Assembly (NCBI RefSeq): GCF_036971445.1
Contig: NC_091481.1
Coordinates: forward strand, 11,222,001 to 11,286,000
Length of the DNA stretch: 64,000 nt
DNA from: Narcine bancroftii
Taxonomy: Eukaryota
Reading direction: 5' to 3'
The notes under the pieces are model-generated. The model worked only from the letters and a program-made list of their open reading frames with translations, did not search any database and was not told where the DNA came from. The position numbers and the translations under genes were made by a program. Positions 61,151-64,000 of the stretch are shown here, piece by piece. Each line of letters begins with the position of its first letter. Within the stretch, counting starts at the first letter, position 1.

Positions 61151-61225
61151 ACGAGCCTGCAGCTGACATGGACATTGCCCCTCCATAAATCTTCGTCCGC
61201 GAAGCCAAGCCAAAGAAAAAAAAGA
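61151..61225 (+). mobile_element. Very short RTE 3'-end copy
   Basis: acgagcctgcagc...ccataaatcttcgtccgcgaagccaagccaaagaaaaaaaaga matches 60680-60748. Confidence 0.8.
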
Positions 61226-62904
61226 TGCAATGCCAGCATATTAGCCTTTTGGGAAACATACAGGAACCCCCCTGACCCCTTTAGCTCTGTAATCTCTCAC
61301 TATTTAGAAATTTGCTTTTTCCATTTTTCCTAAATTGGGCAATTTCACATTTTATCTACATTATACTTTGCCAAGCCTTTGTACACTCACTTTACCAATC
61401 TTGATCTTTTTGTAATCTTCAGCAAATTTGGCAACCATGTCTTCCATACCAAGTTATCGAAGTCCAATTGCAAACAATTCAAGCCCCAGCACCAATCTTA
61501 TGGCACGCCATTCCTTCCACTTCACTAAGAAAATGTTTAATTAATTCCCCACTTTCTTTTTCCTTTTAGCCAACTAATCTTCCATCTGACTCACTGCGCA
61601 AGGAGCTTTTTTTATTATCTTTATCAGATATTTACATTTATTTTAGATTTAGACGTACAAATTTTGTTTGTCATCTTCTTAATTATTTTATTAATTTCCA
61701 GACTTGCTTTGTTTTTGACCTGTCCTCACCTTGCAATCTCTTTATTTCAGTAACAGTAGAAACTGTTCTTCTTGGTTCTTATAATTAGTTGCGAATTTTA
61801 CCCTGTACTCAATGTTCCTTCCTTGTTAATCTTTTGGGGGTTGGGGGTTTGTTTTTTTAAATATTCTGTGCAATTTTCTGACCTGCTGCTTAACTGTATG
61901 CTTTTTCGCTTTGTTTAACATGAACTTCAACTTTGTAAATTAATTACAAATGTTGGATTCTTTCCTTAATTGTTTTTATTCTACAAGAATATTTCTATCT
62001 GCTCATTTTGAAAGAACCTTTGAAATATGTGTCACTGCATCTCAACAGACTTATCTTTCAATATAACCTGCCAGGTCACTTAAGCTGATCCTGCTTTCAA
62101 ACCCTAATTTTTGCTATTTTATACTTAAAAATATTTGTCTTGGACCAACCGAATGTAAAATTTAGTCATTCTGACTTGGAATTGGGAGAGTCTGCTGTTA
62201 GTTTTGCCTTGTATTCCAACCAGATCTTGTTGCCAAGAATTGCCAGTTGCATAGCATCTGTCATTTCAGTATTAAACTGACCAATGACTTGCTCACCATT
62301 TTGGGATTAAAAAAAATGATAGGACAAAAAGAGAAGCTTTAAGCCCCACTAATTTAAAATCCCAGTTTTTGGGCGATATTTTCCCTTGCAAACCTTTCAA
62401 CAATGTCCTTGTGTGGAGTCCCTGCTCTTCCAGATTTTATTACATTGACGTACTTCCCTCCATTACCACTTGAAAGGCACAGAAAAATGAACATCATCTT
62501 GTGTACCTTTAAAACTATATTTCCTAAATGTGTGTCCAGCTTTTTGGATGATCGACTTTTGCCTGTGCAATTATCAGTTTGTTTTTATGAGTATTGATTT
62601 CACCAGCAAATCCTCATTTATTACGCATCTCCAGTTAGCTTTGCAGCTACTTGTGCAACCTTATCCCATTGTGCAATGTACTTTTAAATGGAAATTTGGT
62701 GACAAAACCTGCTCTTATTAGTATTAACAGACAATACATGTCAGTTTATCTGCTTCTGTGGTTTAGATGAGACAATAACGTCACCCAGCGCGTTATGTTC
62801 TTGCTGCCACAATCAGGAACAAGACTCTCACCACCAGGTTCGGGTACAGCTGCTACCCCATCACCATCAGACTCCTCAACCATAAACTCAATTAGGGCTT
62901 TAAA

Positions 62905-63525
62905 AAAAGTAAAAACACAAGGCTGGAGAAACTCAGCAGATCAAACAGTGTCATTATATAGCAAAGATAAAATTACATAACTGACATTTTGGGCTTGAAC
63001 CCATCAAGGTATGGAAAAATGCCTGCAGGCATCTGAATAAAAGGGTAAGGCGAAGACGTGATCGCAAAGGTAGTAGGTGGAGAAGGGAGGGCACAGCAGC
63101 AAGCAAGAGGAGGAGGGATGGCTTGGTGAATAGAGAGGGAAGGGGGTGGAGAGCTGAAGGGAAAGAGAAGAGGAAAGGAGAGCAGGTTAGCAGAAACCGG
63201 AAAATCAGCTGCTGCTCCTCCAATTTATGGGTGGTCTTGGCGGGATAGTACATGTGAATATGGGAGTGTGATGCAGAACTGAAATGGTTGGCCACTAGAA
63301 GACAGAGTGACGGTGCTCAGCAAAGTGATCTCCCAGTCTGTACCCAGTCTCTCTGCTGTAGAGAAAGGGAGCACTGAATGCAGTAAATCAATCCTGCGGA
63401 TACACAAGTGAAGTGTTGCACTTCACTTAAAAGGCCTGTTTGGGGCCCCAGACTGTGGTGAGGGAGAATGTGTAGGCACAAGCGTGGCACCTCCTGCAGC
63501 CACAGAGGAAGGTGCCGGTGGGGGG
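62905..63525 (-). mobile_element. Penelope-like element 3' part
   Basis: Minus ORF 62954-63295 has ANHFSS..HSH and KLEEQQLIFR; rc of 63320-63362 gives degenerate LY..ETG.RLGDHF.EH; terminus ctgctgagtttctccagc. Confidence 0.75.
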
Positions 63526-64000
63526 GTGTTTAGGTCTTTGTACTCCTAATTAGAGTTGTGCAGAGAACACTTCAGCCCTTCATATTCAGAAAGTTAATTT
63601 TAAAGTGGCTTTCTTGCAGTTTTGCTGCACTGAAAACATGCCCGTACACCTTGACAGAACCAATTGAGCTGCTCTCAGTTGCTTCATGGGACATTTAGGA
63701 AAAGCTAGAAAATCAGAATGGTTTGTTTAATTGAGGACAGATGGAGAGGATTTGTGCTAGAAATTGTTATTTAATTCTTTAAACAGAATTCAAATGTATA
63801 AAAATGTTGACGGAATAAACCATTTCATAGGATAGTGTGGATAGCATTCCAAATCTTTGATTTCCTCACGTTCCTGTGAAAGCTACAGTTTTGCAGATGG
63901 AACTTGTAGAAATAGTAGTTGCAGTCCTATCTTTAAGAAGTTGTTTTTCTCTGCTCATGAGTGACTATTTATTTTTGTACAGCTTGTGATGCTTGCATGA

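Noticed and set aside
63983-64000. Acceptor at the window end as the ACOT terminal exon
   Set aside because: Phase-1 reading gives ACDACM, not the expected hydrophobic-WGG motif. The true last exon is probably beyond the window.
1-64000. CRISPR arrays, rRNA, prokaryotic operons
   Set aside because: None seen; the sequence is eukaryotic with spliceosomal introns, and the short tandem repeats lack spacer structure.

Overview
AT-rich, repeat-dense vertebrate genomic DNA. The repeat set (L1, CR1, Rex1/Babar, RTE, Penelope-like, tRNA-derived SINEs, Gypsy LTRs, Tc1/mariner-pogo MITEs) suggests a cartilaginous fish, probably a ray; this is an inference. I assembled two divergently oriented spliced host genes by hand. 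(1) On the minus strand, a non-rearranging Ig-superfamily receptor: leader 20892-20844, VJ-type V domain 19904-19545, C1-set domain 17218-16904, TM 14155-14057, all phase-1 junctions, cytoplasmic exons uncertain. Its V-domain F-G segment aligns without gaps to the CD28/CTLA-4 MYPPPY region (here MAPAP), yet it is followed by an antigen-receptor/MHC-type C1 domain. This is the most interesting item in the window. (2) On the plus strand, a type-I acyl-CoA thioesterase (ACOT/BAAT family): a probable CpG-rich promoter and non-coding exon near 33.2-33.4 kb, then 10 coding exons from 40486 to 59004 with a mitochondrial-presequence-like N terminus and an intact Ser-Asp-His triad. Its last exon was not found in the window. 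Between the genes is a full-length L1 (22598-28587) with both ORFs intact, a perfect 12-bp TSD, and a consensus antisense splice donor facing the Ig gene. The rest is nested, mostly decayed TEs, including Penelope-like ends with hammerhead-ribozyme relics. Most short ORFs in the supplied track are spurious or TE fragments.
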